Source: an uncultured bacterium
GTDB lineage: Bacteria; RBG-13-61-14; CAYWKU01
Assembly: GCA_964503115.1 (NCBI GenBank)
Contig: CAZDAF010000014.1
Span: forward strand, 1-24,229
Reading direction: 5' to 3'
DNA: 24,229 nucleotides
Below the pieces are notes generated by a model that was given only the letters and a program-made list of their open reading frames with translations, was not told the DNA's origin and did not search any database. Of the stretch, positions 15,965 to 24,229 are shown one piece after another. The translations under genes were made by a program, and so were the position numbers. The first letter of the stretch is position 1; every line of letters starts with the position of its first letter.

Positions 15965-17002
15965 ATGCTTACAAGTCTCTTCGACTATCATCTTCCGCCG
16001 GAGCTTATAGCGCAGGAACCCGCCGCAGTTCGAGACAAGTCGCGACTTATGACGCTATACCGTTCGACCGGCAGACGCGATCATCTTAAATTTAATGGCC
16101 TTCCCGAGTCACTCCGGGAGGGAGACCTTTTGGTGCTTAACGACTCGCGGGTAATTCCCGGGAGACTTTACGGGATCAAGCCCACCGGCGCTCGTATCGC
16201 AATAACCCTGATAGGCAAATCGGAGAGTGACGCCCGGCTTTGGCGTTGCCTGGCGAGGCCGGGAAAAAGGCTCAAGCCCGGTACCACGGTCGAGATAGAT
16301 CCGGACCTGGCCGTGAATTTCATCAAGCGGCTGGAAGGTCCCGAGTGGCTGGTGGAGCTTGAGAGCAAATCGAGTGTCATGGCCGCACTCGAAAGGGCGG
16401 GCAGGGCGCCTTTACCGCCTTATATCCGCAGGAAAGATACCGACCCGCGCGAGCCGGATTTACAACGGTACCAGACGGTATATGCCCGACACCCAGGCGC
16501 CGTGGCGGCGCCTACGGCGGGGTTGCACTTCACCGCTGAACTGCTCGATCAATTGAAGCAACGCGGGGTATCCGTCACGACCGTCACACTTCATGTCGGG
16601 TGGGGCAGTTTTGCGCCTATAAGGAAAGAAAAGGCGCAAGATCATACCATCGAGCCGGAATTTTTCCGTGTCGGCGAAGATACGGCTCGAATGGTACGCG
16701 AAACAAAACGTTCCGGCGGGCGGGTGATAGCTGTCGGCACTACTTCCGTTCGAGCGCTGGAAAGCGCTTGTAAAGACGGTGAAATCGGACCTGCGGAGGG
16801 AGAGACAGTTCTGTATATATTGCCCGGGTATACTTTTCGAGTTGTTGACGCGATGCTCACTAATTTCCACTTGCCTCGTTCAAGCCTTATAATCCTGGTG
16901 GCGGCGTTTGCCGGACGGGAGCTTATACTCGATGCGTACCGTGAGGCCGCGGAGATGAAATACAGGTTTTACAGCTACGGAGACGCGATGTTGATATGTT
17001 AG
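15965..17002 (+). CDS. queA: S-adenosylmethionine:tRNA ribosyltransferase-isomerase
   Basis: Full-length QueA-like sequence (MLTSLFDYHLPPELIAQEP…LPPYI…GAVAAPTAGLHFT…). Confidence 0.92.
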   Translation: MLTSLFDYHLPPELIAQEPAAVRDKSRLMTLYRSTGRRDHLKFNGLPESLREGDLLVLNDSRVIPGRLYGIKPTGARIAITLIGKSESDARLWRCLARPGKRLKPGTTVEIDPDLAVNFIKRLEGPEWLVELESKSSVMAALERAGRAPLPPYIRRKDTDPREPDLQRYQTVYARHPGAVAAPTAGLHFTAELLDQLKQRGVSVTTVTLHVGWGSFAPIRKEKAQDHTIEPEFFRVGEDTARMVRETKRSGGRVIAVGTTSVRALESACKDGEIGPAEGETVLYILPGYTFRVVDAMLTNFHLPRSSLIILVAAFAGRELILDAYREAAEMKYRFYSYGDAMLIC

Positions 17003-18135
17003 AATTTCGCCTTCAATCCGGCTCCGCCGACGGGCCACGCGCGGGGGTAATCGTTACGCCACATGGCGAAGTGCCGACTCCGTGCTTCATGCCGGTCGGT
17101 ACCGCTGCGGCGGTCAAGGCAATGGCGCCTTGGGATCTCGAGGAAGTCGGCGCGAAAATGATACTCGCCAACACTTATCATTTATTGTTGAGGCCGGGCG
17201 TGGATATTATACGCAGGGCGGGAGGGCTGCACCAATTCATGGGATGGCATGGGCCCATACTTACCGACTCGGGCGGATACCAGGTGGTCAGTCTGGGCGG
17301 GAATGTTTGTGTGGACGAAGAAGGGGTCGTCTTTTCCTCGCATATCGATGGCGCAAGAATGAAGCTTACGCCGGAGAACGCCGTCGAAGCGCAGGTCGCC
17401 ATGGGGGTGGACATTGCCATGTGCCTTGACGAGCCGGTGAGATTGCCCGCCGATAGGGACAAGGTGGCGGAGGCCGGCGAAAGGACGGCGCGGTGGGCGC
17501 AAAGATGCATCGAGGCCAGGGATAAATCATCGCCCCGGACGGCTCTTTTCGGTATAGTACAGGGCGGCGAGGATTTCGAGTTGCGCACGGAAAGCGCCCG
17601 GCGGCTGACCGATATGGACTTTGACGGTTATGCCATCGGCGGGTTGAGCGTCGGCGAGGATAACGAAACCCTGCATGATGTGACCGCTTATACCGCCCCT
17701 CTTTTGCCCTCCGGCAAGCCGCGCTATCTTATGGGCGTCGGCACTCCGGTGGACCTTCTTCGCGCCGTAGGCAGCGGAGTGGATATGTTTGACTGCGTGC
17801 TCCCCACTCGAAACGCACGCAACGGCTGGATATACACCTGGGAGGGGCCGTTACGTGTCAAACATGCCGCCTTCAAAGAGGATAACCGGCCGCCGCAGGA
17901 AGGTTGCAAGTGTCGTACTTGTGCGAATTTCAGTCGGGCTTACCTGCGACACCTGTACATGGCCGGAGAGATGCTGGCGGGAATGCTAATCACGCGTCAT
18001 AATCTACATTTTTATATGGCGCTGATGCAAAGGGCAAGGGAAGCGGCGCTGGAAGGCAGGTATGAAGAATTCGCCAAGCCATTGATCGAAAAGATGAAAT
18101 CAGCATACTCGAAAGATAACCGGGAGGAAAAATAA
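16996..18135 (+). CDS. tgt: tRNA-guanosine(34) transglycosylase
   Basis: …ILANTYHLLLRPG…LTDSGGYQV…GIVQGG…GYAIGGLSVGE… with a zinc site CxCxxC…H (CKCRTCANFSRAYLRH). It overlaps the queA stop. Confidence 0.92.
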   Translation: MLEFRLQSGSADGPRAGVIVTPHGEVPTPCFMPVGTAAAVKAMAPWDLEEVGAKMILANTYHLLLRPGVDIIRRAGGLHQFMGWHGPILTDSGGYQVVSLGGNVCVDEEGVVFSSHIDGARMKLTPENAVEAQVAMGVDIAMCLDEPVRLPADRDKVAEAGERTARWAQRCIEARDKSSPRTALFGIVQGGEDFELRTESARRLTDMDFDGYAIGGLSVGEDNETLHDVTAYTAPLLPSGKPRYLMGVGTPVDLLRAVGSGVDMFDCVLPTRNARNGWIYTWEGPLRVKHAAFKEDNRPPQEGCKCRTCANFSRAYLRHLYMAGEMLAGMLITRHNLHFYMALMQRAREAALEGRYEEFAKPLIEKMKSAYSKDNREEK

Positions 18136-18485
18136 TGACCGAAATTCTTTTAACTCTGATGACCATGATACCTTCACAGGGAGGAGAGCAGGGAGGGGGA
18201 CTGTTTGCCACATTAATGCCGCTTATGCTCATTTTTGTTATCTTTTATTTCCTGCTTATCAGGCCGCAGCAGCGCAAGACCAAGCAGCACCAGAGCTTCC
18301 TGGACAGCCTGGAACGAGGTATGGAAGTCGTTACCAACAGCGGCATCATCGGAAAAGTTACCGGCATAACCCGCACGGTTATAACCATCGAAGTGGCTCC
18401 GAAGGTGAAGATGAAATTCGTCAGAAGCGCTATCGCCGGCAAGGCGCCGCAGCCGGGAGAGGAAGCGGAGTCCGCTTCCAAATGA
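18135..18485 (+). CDS. yajC: preprotein translocase subunit YajC
   Basis: Single TM plus …LLIRPQQRKTKQHQSFLDSL..GMEVVTNSGIIGKVTGI. The start overlaps the tgt stop (ATGA). Confidence 0.85.
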   Translation: MTEILLTLMTMIPSQGGEQGGGLFATLMPLMLIFVIFYFLLIRPQQRKTKQHQSFLDSLERGMEVVTNSGIIGKVTGITRTVITIEVAPKVKMKFVRSAIAGKAPQPGEEAESASK

Positions 18486-18519
18486 ATTCGTTAATCCGGA
18501 GTAGGGAGTAGAAACGCAA

Positions 18520-20160
18520 ATGATTCGAAACGTTTATGTCAGATTGGCTATTCTTGCCGTAATAATTGTGGTGGCTCTCATATCCCTTTACCCGACCATG
18601 GTACCAAAAGACCCCACGACGGGAGAGGCCATTTTACCTACATGGTGGACGCGAATAAAGGCTCTACCGCAAAAGCGCATCAGCCTCGGTCTTGACCTTC
18701 GCGGAGGCGTATACCTGGTGTATACCGTCAAGCTGGATGAAGTCGTCAAGATCGAGGGGCGAAGGGTTATCGAAACGCTCGACAACGAAAGCCTGCGAGA
18801 AAAGGGCATCACGGTCAAAGACGCTCAAATATCGGATGACGGCAAGGTGTCCGTCGTTTTCGCCGATACCAAGAGCTTCCAGGATGGCGGAAAGATCGCG
18901 AAAGAGGAATTCTCCGAAGATTGGAATATGAGCGTTGATAAAGATAATCCGATAATGCTTATTTTAGAGATAAAGCAGAATGCGGTACGTAAATATCGCG
19001 ACGAGGCCATTAAGCAGGTTCGCAGGACGGTTTCCAATCGCGTGGACAAGTGGGGACTGGCGGAGGCGAGCGTCCAGATAAAACCGCCCGACCAGATAAT
19101 CATCGAGTTGCCGGGGATCGAGGAAACGGGTCGCGTGGAAAAGGTAATCAGGGCCCAGGCCAACCTCGAACTCAAGCTGGTGCTCTCTTCGGGCGCATCG
19201 AAGGAATCCATACTTCAGGAAAAAGGAGGCCGCATCAGCCGCTACCAGGAGATCATTCCGAACAAGGATTCCACCACCGGCATAGTTCAGGAATACCTGT
19301 TGATGAAAAAGCAGCCCGACATAACCGGTGATTGCATCCGTAGCGCCCGGCAGGGTTTCGGCGGCGACTTCGGCAACCAGGCGGTGGTGTTCTTTACACT
19401 CAAGCCGGGGGATTCTTGCGCGGGCAAGTTCGCACGGCTGACCGGCGCCAACATCGGCCAAAGGCTGGCTATAGTGCTTGACGGCGAGATTACGAGCGCA
19501 CCGGTGATACGCGCCAGAATCAGGGACAGCGGCGTTATTGAGGGCAGTTTTACTATCGAAAGTGCCAACGACCTTGCTATCGTGTTGAAGGCCGGCAGCC
19601 TGAAAGTGCCTGTTGTCAAGGATCGCGTCGAGAAAATCGGCCCGAGCCTCGGCCAGGATCACATAAAACGCGGCCGCTTCGCAATCATGATAGGCGGTGT
19701 GCTCGTTATGATCTTCATGATCGTATATTACCGCTTCGGGGGCGCCGCGAGCGACCTTGCGCTTATTCTTAATCTTGTTCTCATCCTGTCCGCGCTGGCC
19801 ACATTCGGCGCCACGCTGACCCTGCCCGGCTTGGCGGGTATTGTCCTGACCGTCGGTATGGCCGTGGACGCCAACGTGCTGGTTTACGAGCGGATTCGCG
19901 AGGAGTTGCGTACAGGGAAAACGCCGCGCGCAAGCATCGAACTGGGATACAAGCGCGCGCTCGTCACAATACTTGATGCGAATATCACCACTTTCATCAC
20001 CGCCGTGGTGCTTTATGTCAACGGTACCGGCCCGATAAAGGGTTTTGCAGTCACTCTCATGTTCGGTATTGTTTTCAGCGTCTTCACGGCGATTTTCGTT
20101 ACGAGAATTCTAATCGACTGGCGGCTCGAAAGATACCCGGATGCCGAGTTAAGCATATAG
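18520..20160 (+). CDS. secD: protein translocase subunit SecD
   Basis: There is an N-terminal TM, a large periplasmic domain (…LGLDLRGG…) and a C-terminal six-TM bundle with …GLAGIVLTVGMAVDANVLVYERIREE…. Confidence 0.92.
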   Translation: MIRNVYVRLAILAVIIVVALISLYPTMVPKDPTTGEAILPTWWTRIKALPQKRISLGLDLRGGVYLVYTVKLDEVVKIEGRRVIETLDNESLREKGITVKDAQISDDGKVSVVFADTKSFQDGGKIAKEEFSEDWNMSVDKDNPIMLILEIKQNAVRKYRDEAIKQVRRTVSNRVDKWGLAEASVQIKPPDQIIIELPGIEETGRVEKVIRAQANLELKLVLSSGASKESILQEKGGRISRYQEIIPNKDSTTGIVQEYLLMKKQPDITGDCIRSARQGFGGDFGNQAVVFFTLKPGDSCAGKFARLTGANIGQRLAIVLDGEITSAPVIRARIRDSGVIEGSFTIESANDLAIVLKAGSLKVPVVKDRVEKIGPSLGQDHIKRGRFAIMIGGVLVMIFMIVYYRFGGAASDLALILNLVLILSALATFGATLTLPGLAGIVLTVGMAVDANVLVYERIREELRTGKTPRASIELGYKRALVTILDANITTFITAVVLYVNGTGPIKGFAVTLMFGIVFSVFTAIFVTRILIDWRLERYPDAELSI

Positions 20161-20170
20161 GGAGTAAACA

Positions 20171-21133
20171 ATGCAGATTATCAAACCAGGAACCAATATA
20201 GACTTTGTGGGCAAAATGCAGGTCGCGGTGGCGTTTTCGTTATTGCTTATTGCCGCGACCGCTGTTTTGTGGTTCACCCGTGGCCCGAACCTTGGCATCG
20301 ACTTCCTCGGCGGCACCGAAGTCGAGATAACATTTCAAGAGGATGTTTCGATAGATAAAGTGCGTAAAGCGCTATCCGAGTTGGAATTGGGCGCGGTCGA
20401 GGTCAAGCGCATCAGTGGAGAAAGGGGCGTCAGCCGAACATACCTTATTCGGGTCGAGAAGAAGGAACTGACCACTAAAGACGAGGGTGGGGAAAGCGTT
20501 GATGTCGCGGACTTGGTGATAGATACGCTTGGTAAGAAGGTCGCGCCTTATGATAAGAAAATGCTCGGTGTGAGCCTTGTGGGGCCTCGAGCGGGAGCCG
20601 ATTTGAGGCGGAGAGCCTTTGTCGCCATATTTTTCGCGCTGGTGCTTATGCTTATTTATATCGCCGTCCGGTTCGAGGTGCTGTTCAGCTTCGGCGCGGT
20701 TTTGGCGCTGGCTCATGACGTGATCATAACGATCGGGTTTTTAATACTGTCCGGAAAGGAATTCAACCTTACCACCATTGCGGCGCTTCTGACTATAGTT
20801 GGATATTCGCTTAACGACACCATAGTGGTTTACGACCGCATCCGCGAGAATATGCGTAAGTATCGCAACAAACCGGCCATAGAGCTTATCAACTCCAGCA
20901 TCAACGAAACGCTTTCCCGAACCGTTCTAACATCCGGGACGACCCTGGCGGCGGTGACTGCGCTTTTTATCATCGCACGGGGCGCAATTCAGGATTTCAG
21001 CTATGCCATGATATTGGGCGTCCTGGTCGGTACTTACTCGTCGGTATTTGTAGCGAGCGCGTTTATCGTATTCTGGCGGCAGAGGGTGGCGCCCGCGCTG
21101 GGGCTGGACAAAAAGAAGCGGGCGCGTACTTAA
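20171..21133 (+). CDS. secF: protein translocase subunit SecF
   Basis: …GIDFLGGTE…LAHDVIITIGFL…SLNDTIVVYDRIREN…. It lies immediately downstream of secD. Confidence 0.92.
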   Translation: MQIIKPGTNIDFVGKMQVAVAFSLLLIAATAVLWFTRGPNLGIDFLGGTEVEITFQEDVSIDKVRKALSELELGAVEVKRISGERGVSRTYLIRVEKKELTTKDEGGESVDVADLVIDTLGKKVAPYDKKMLGVSLVGPRAGADLRRRAFVAIFFALVLMLIYIAVRFEVLFSFGAVLALAHDVIITIGFLILSGKEFNLTTIAALLTIVGYSLNDTIVVYDRIRENMRKYRNKPAIELINSSINETLSRTVLTSGTTLAAVTALFIIARGAIQDFSYAMILGVLVGTYSSVFVASAFIVFWRQRVAPALGLDKKKRART

Positions 21134-21152
21134 AGCATAAGCGGGAGGAGCA

Positions 21153-21644
21153 ATGCACATTTTCTGGTTGGTGCTGGGGGCTATCGTATATTTCGCCGTC
21201 TGCATAGGCGGATTGTTATTGCTTGTCATCGGTCTGCCCGGATTGTGGCTGATAGTCGTATCGAGCGCGGTTTTTGCGTGGGCCACCGGAGGCGCTGCGA
21301 TTCCCTGGGCGGCGGTGATAGTGTACGGCTTGCTTTCCGCCGGCGCGGAAATCTTCGAAGCCGCCGCAGGGGCTTGGGGAACCAAGAAATACGGCGGATC
21401 GAGATGGGCGATGGCCGGAGCGATTCTGGGCGGCATTGTCGGGGCGATTTTCTTCTCGATAATTGGCGCCTTCGCGGGAGCGTTTCTCGGCGCGTTCGCC
21501 TTCGAATACGCATCAAACCAGGACTTCAGGCAAGCTACTTCAAGCGGTAAGGGGGCTTTTCTGGCTCGGTTGGTAGCAGTGGTGGTAAAAGCAAGTCTCG
21601 CCGTTTCGATGATGATATCTTCCTTTGTGTTTATAGTTACTTAA
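21153..21644 (+). CDS. DUF456-domain membrane protein
   Basis: A 163-aa product with four hydrophobic helices and a central GAWGTKKYGGSRWAMAGAILGG motif. An AGGAG Shine-Dalgarno lies upstream. Confidence 0.55.
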   Translation: MHIFWLVLGAIVYFAVCIGGLLLLVIGLPGLWLIVVSSAVFAWATGGAAIPWAAVIVYGLLSAGAEIFEAAAGAWGTKKYGGSRWAMAGAILGGIVGAIFFSIIGAFAGAFLGAFAFEYASNQDFRQATSSGKGAFLARLVAVVVKASLAVSMMISSFVFIVT

Positions 21645-21672
21645 CGGTAAAATGCAAATACCGGGTGATTGA

Positions 21673-22641
21673 ATGACGCGAGCGCCACGAAACCGCACGA
21701 TAACATTATCGGACGACGAAAAGGAAAAGTATGGTAAAAGCCTGATAAAAGTAAGTGATGCGGTTTCGTTGGATCAAGTACTGAACAGAATTGTTAATCA
21801 AGACATTTTTCAAGTGCTGGACTTTTTACCGTCGGAATTTGTAGACCTGCTCTTTATAGACCCACCCTATAACCTGACTAAAGCGTTCAATAAACGTTCG
21901 TTTAAGCAGGTGTCAACGGAAAAATATGTGGAATGGATGGACTCTTGGCTTCAAAAAATGACAAGGCTGTTGAAACCTACGGCATCGATATATATCTGTG
22001 GAGATTGGCGGTCTTCTGCGGCCATTAATCTCGTTTGCGAGAAGTATTTCAGGGTCAGAAATAGAATAACGTTTGAGAGAGAAAAAGGAAGGGGCGCAAA
22101 GAAGGATTGGAAAAACAATTCCGAGGATATTTGGTTTTGTACGGCTTCAAAAGACTATTATTTTAATGCGGAAGCGGTTAAATTAAAGAGGAAAGTAATT
22201 GCACCGTATCGCGAAAATGGGGAACCCAAGGATTGGAAAGAAGAAGATGAAGGGAAATACAGGCTGACCCATCCATCAAATATCTGGACGGATATAACCA
22301 TCCCTTTCTGGTCCATGCCGGAAAATACCCCCCATCCCACGCAAAAACCGGAAAAACTTCTGGCGAAGATTCTTCTTGCAAGCTCAAAGGAAGGAAATGT
22401 CGTTCTTGATCCGTTCGCCGGCGTGGGAACTGCGGGAGTTGTGGCAAGGAAACTTAAACGAAATTTCGTTATGGTGGAGGTGGATGAAGAATATTGTCTA
22501 CATGCCATGAAGAGATTGGAGATGGCTGAAAATTATCCGGATATTCAGGGATATTATGACAAAGTATTTTGGGAAAGAAATACATTGATGGAAATAAAAT
22601 CCAAGGATAAAAAAGAGGTGAATGCCGGAATTTTGCAATAA
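21673..22641 (+). CDS. DNA methyltransferase, beta-class N6-adenine-specific (DPPY type); solitary, with no endonuclease partner visible
   Basis: Motif IV (LLFIDPPYNL) comes early. HPTQKP and motif I VLDPFAGVGTAGVVA lie near the C-terminus, a CcrM/M.HinfI-like order. The gene is visibly AT-rich relative to its neighbours. Confidence 0.85.
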   Translation: MTRAPRNRTITLSDDEKEKYGKSLIKVSDAVSLDQVLNRIVNQDIFQVLDFLPSEFVDLLFIDPPYNLTKAFNKRSFKQVSTEKYVEWMDSWLQKMTRLLKPTASIYICGDWRSSAAINLVCEKYFRVRNRITFEREKGRGAKKDWKNNSEDIWFCTASKDYYFNAEAVKLKRKVIAPYRENGEPKDWKEEDEGKYRLTHPSNIWTDITIPFWSMPENTPHPTQKPEKLLAKILLASSKEGNVVLDPFAGVGTAGVVARKLKRNFVMVEVDEEYCLHAMKRLEMAENYPDIQGYYDKVFWERNTLMEIKSKDKKEVNAGILQ

Positions 22642-22772
22642 TGACATCGTTTTTTCTTTCCCGGGTGTTTAATAGATAACCCCATACTTTTAGGGAATAA
22701 AAGGCAAATATGATGAACTCGTAAAAACGTCGTTTTCTCACTTTTTGCATACACAAGAAAAAAGAGTTTAAA

Positions 22773-24229
22773 ATGAAGGATGTTGCAGTAAATCGGGTGT
22801 GGAAACTTCATCGGCCCGATGAGAAGCTTGTCGAACGGCTGGTGCGCGGTGTGGGGTTGACCGATCCGCTGGCGCGCCTTTTGATAAATCGCGGTATCAG
22901 CGAAGAGCATGATGCCCTGGAGTTTCTCAATCCGTTGCTGAGTAATCTTCCGCAACCTGATTCCCTGCCGGACATAGAAGCAGCCACCCAACGAATTATA
23001 CGCGCTATAAGGGATGGGGAAAACATAGTTATTTACGGCGATTATGACGCCGACGGCATAACGGCCACCGCGTTGCTGGTGAGTTTCCTCGAAAGCGTCG
23101 GCGCTCGCGTCGATGCTTACCAGCCCGACCGCATCAAGGAAGGCTACGGACTTAACGTTGAAGCGCTCGGCGAGCTGCATTCTCGAGGCGTCAAGCTGGT
23201 TGTGGCGGTGGATTTGGGAGTTTCGGACGCCGACGCGGTGGATTGGGCGTCGTCAAGGGGCTTGGACGTCATTGTGGTAGATCACCACCAGCTTCCGGAC
23301 AATTTGCCGGAGGCGCCGGCGGTTGTGGTTCCCTTGAGATCGGAAGAAGCCGAGCCTTTCCATCCTTTATGCGGAGCCGGATTGGCGTTTTACCTGGCAG
23401 CGAGTTTGAAATCGAGCCTGCTGGACGAAAAGTTCTTCAATAAGGATGAGCCGGATATGCGCCGCTATCTCGACCTGGTGGCGCTCGGTACGATAGCCGA
23501 CATGGTGCCTCTGGTCGGATTAAACAGGATATTGGTCACGCACGGCCTCAAGGAGCTTGGCGCGGAACGAAGACCGGGAATAGCGGCTCTTAAAGCTCGG
23601 GCGAAACTGGATCGCAAAAGGGTCAACGCCGGGCAAGTGGCGTTTCGGCTTGCGCCGCGCCTGAACGCCGCAGGTCGCATGGATGACGCATCCGTGGCGG
23701 TAAGGCTGCTGGTTACCGATGACCGCAAGGAAGCTCGTTTATTGGCCGGGCGTCTCGAAGACTTCAACCGGGAAAGGCAACAGGTCGAAACTCGCATACT
23801 GGCCGAGGCGATGGATATAATCGAAAAAGAGAATATGAAAGAACGCCCTGCGATGGTGCTGGCATCTGAGAATTGGCATCCGGGCGTTGTCGGGATAGTG
23901 GCGAGCCGAATTGTGGATGCTTTTGCGGTACCGGCGGTGGTCATATCGCTCGATGGTAACGATGGCAAGGGAAGCTTGCGCAGTGTGCCGGGAGTGAACG
24001 CCTGGCAGGCGATGCATGAATGCCGCGATTGCCTCGAAAGATACGGCGGCCATAAAATGGCAGGGGGATTGTTCATAAAGCGAGATGCACTGGGCGCATT
24101 CGGCAAATGTTTCTGCGAAGCGGTTAGCAGGTCGGAGTTTACGGCGCACGCGCGAAAACTGGCTATCGATATGGAACTGGACCTGGATGATATAGACGCA
24201 GCCCTGGTGCGCCAACTCGATCAACTTGC
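22773..24229 (+). CDS. recJ: single-stranded-DNA-specific exonuclease RecJ, 3' partial (runs off the window)
   Basis: DHH motifs …IVIYGDYDADGITATAL…, …VVAVDLGVS…, …VIVVDHHQLP… are present, and a DHHA1 region begins near the window end. The frame is open to the window end. Confidence 0.9.
   Translation, partial: MKDVAVNRVWKLHRPDEKLVERLVRGVGLTDPLARLLINRGISEEHDALEFLNPLLSNLPQPDSLPDIEAATQRIIRAIRDGENIVIYGDYDADGITATALLVSFLESVGARVDAYQPDRIKEGYGLNVEALGELHSRGVKLVVAVDLGVSDADAVDWASSRGLDVIVVDHHQLPDNLPEAPAVVVPLRSEEAEPFHPLCGAGLAFYLAASLKSSLLDEKFFNKDEPDMRRYLDLVALGTIADMVPLVGLNRILVTHGLKELGAERRPGIAALKARAKLDRKRVNAGQVAFRLAPRLNAAGRMDDASVAVRLLVTDDRKEARLLAGRLEDFNRERQQVETRILAEAMDIIEKENMKERPAMVLASENWHPGVVGIVASRIVDAFAVPAVVISLDGNDGKGSLRSVPGVNAWQAMHECRDCLERYGGHKMAGGLFIKRDALGAFGKCFCEAVSRSEFTAHARKLAIDMELDLDDIDAALVRQLDQL

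Noticed and set aside
18964-19662. 232-aa minus-strand ORF
   Set aside because: It is antisense to secD.
21645-21672. Small inverted repeat CCGGTA-AAATGCAAA-TACCGG between the DUF456 gene and the methyltransferase
   Set aside because: The stem is 6 bp with a 9-nt loop and no U-tract, and it sits directly over the methyltransferase ribosome-binding region. It is too weak to call a terminator or operator.
22554-24224. Minus-strand ORFs of 208, 213 and 161 aa
   Set aside because: They are antisense to the 3' end of the N6A methyltransferase and to recJ. The recJ reading has unmistakable DHH motifs.
1-24229. CRISPR arrays, tRNA/rRNA genes, IS elements or integrases
   Set aside because: I found no run of regularly spaced direct repeats, no tRNA-like T-arm or acceptor patterns in the few intergenic gaps over 100 bp (3094-3154, 5339-5475, 22642-22772), and no transposase or integrase-like ORF on either strand.

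Overview
This 24.2 kb window is a bacterial chromosomal segment of roughly 58-60% GC, mostly housekeeping, with two clearly more AT-rich islets. Genes are tightly packed. The organism is unidentified and looks like an environmental or MAG-type bacterium. A co-directional plus-strand run from about 8.2 kb to the end carries these genes in order: a family-4 uracil-DNA glycosylase; a long NfeD membrane protease; a short NfeD OB-fold paralog; an inserted putative endonuclease plus beta-class N4/N6 DNA methyltransferase and a truncated DUF362 gene remnant; the stomatin-like SPFH protein; a YjeT-like DUF2065 protein; SpoIID/LytB; a GAF-GGDEF diguanylate cyclase; queA-tgt-yajC-secD-secF; a DUF456 membrane protein; a second, solitary DPPY-type N6-adenine DNA methyltransferase; and the 5' part of recJ. 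The left third holds a partial class-I SAM methyltransferase, a minus-strand set (SDR oxidoreductase, MFS transporter, GltP-family symporter with an unusual loop insertion, MBL hydrolase), a second MBL hydrolase with coaBC on the plus strand, and a secreted zinc phospholipase-C-like gene. The most interesting object is a low-GC Type II-like restriction-modification cassette (candidate PD-(D/E)XK endonuclease plus SPPY methyltransferase) wedged into the normally contiguous nfeD-stomatin operon. It comes with a fragment of a DUF362 gene, and the endonuclease start overlaps the stop of the upstream housekeeping gene. I found no rRNA, tRNA, CRISPR array or transposase.
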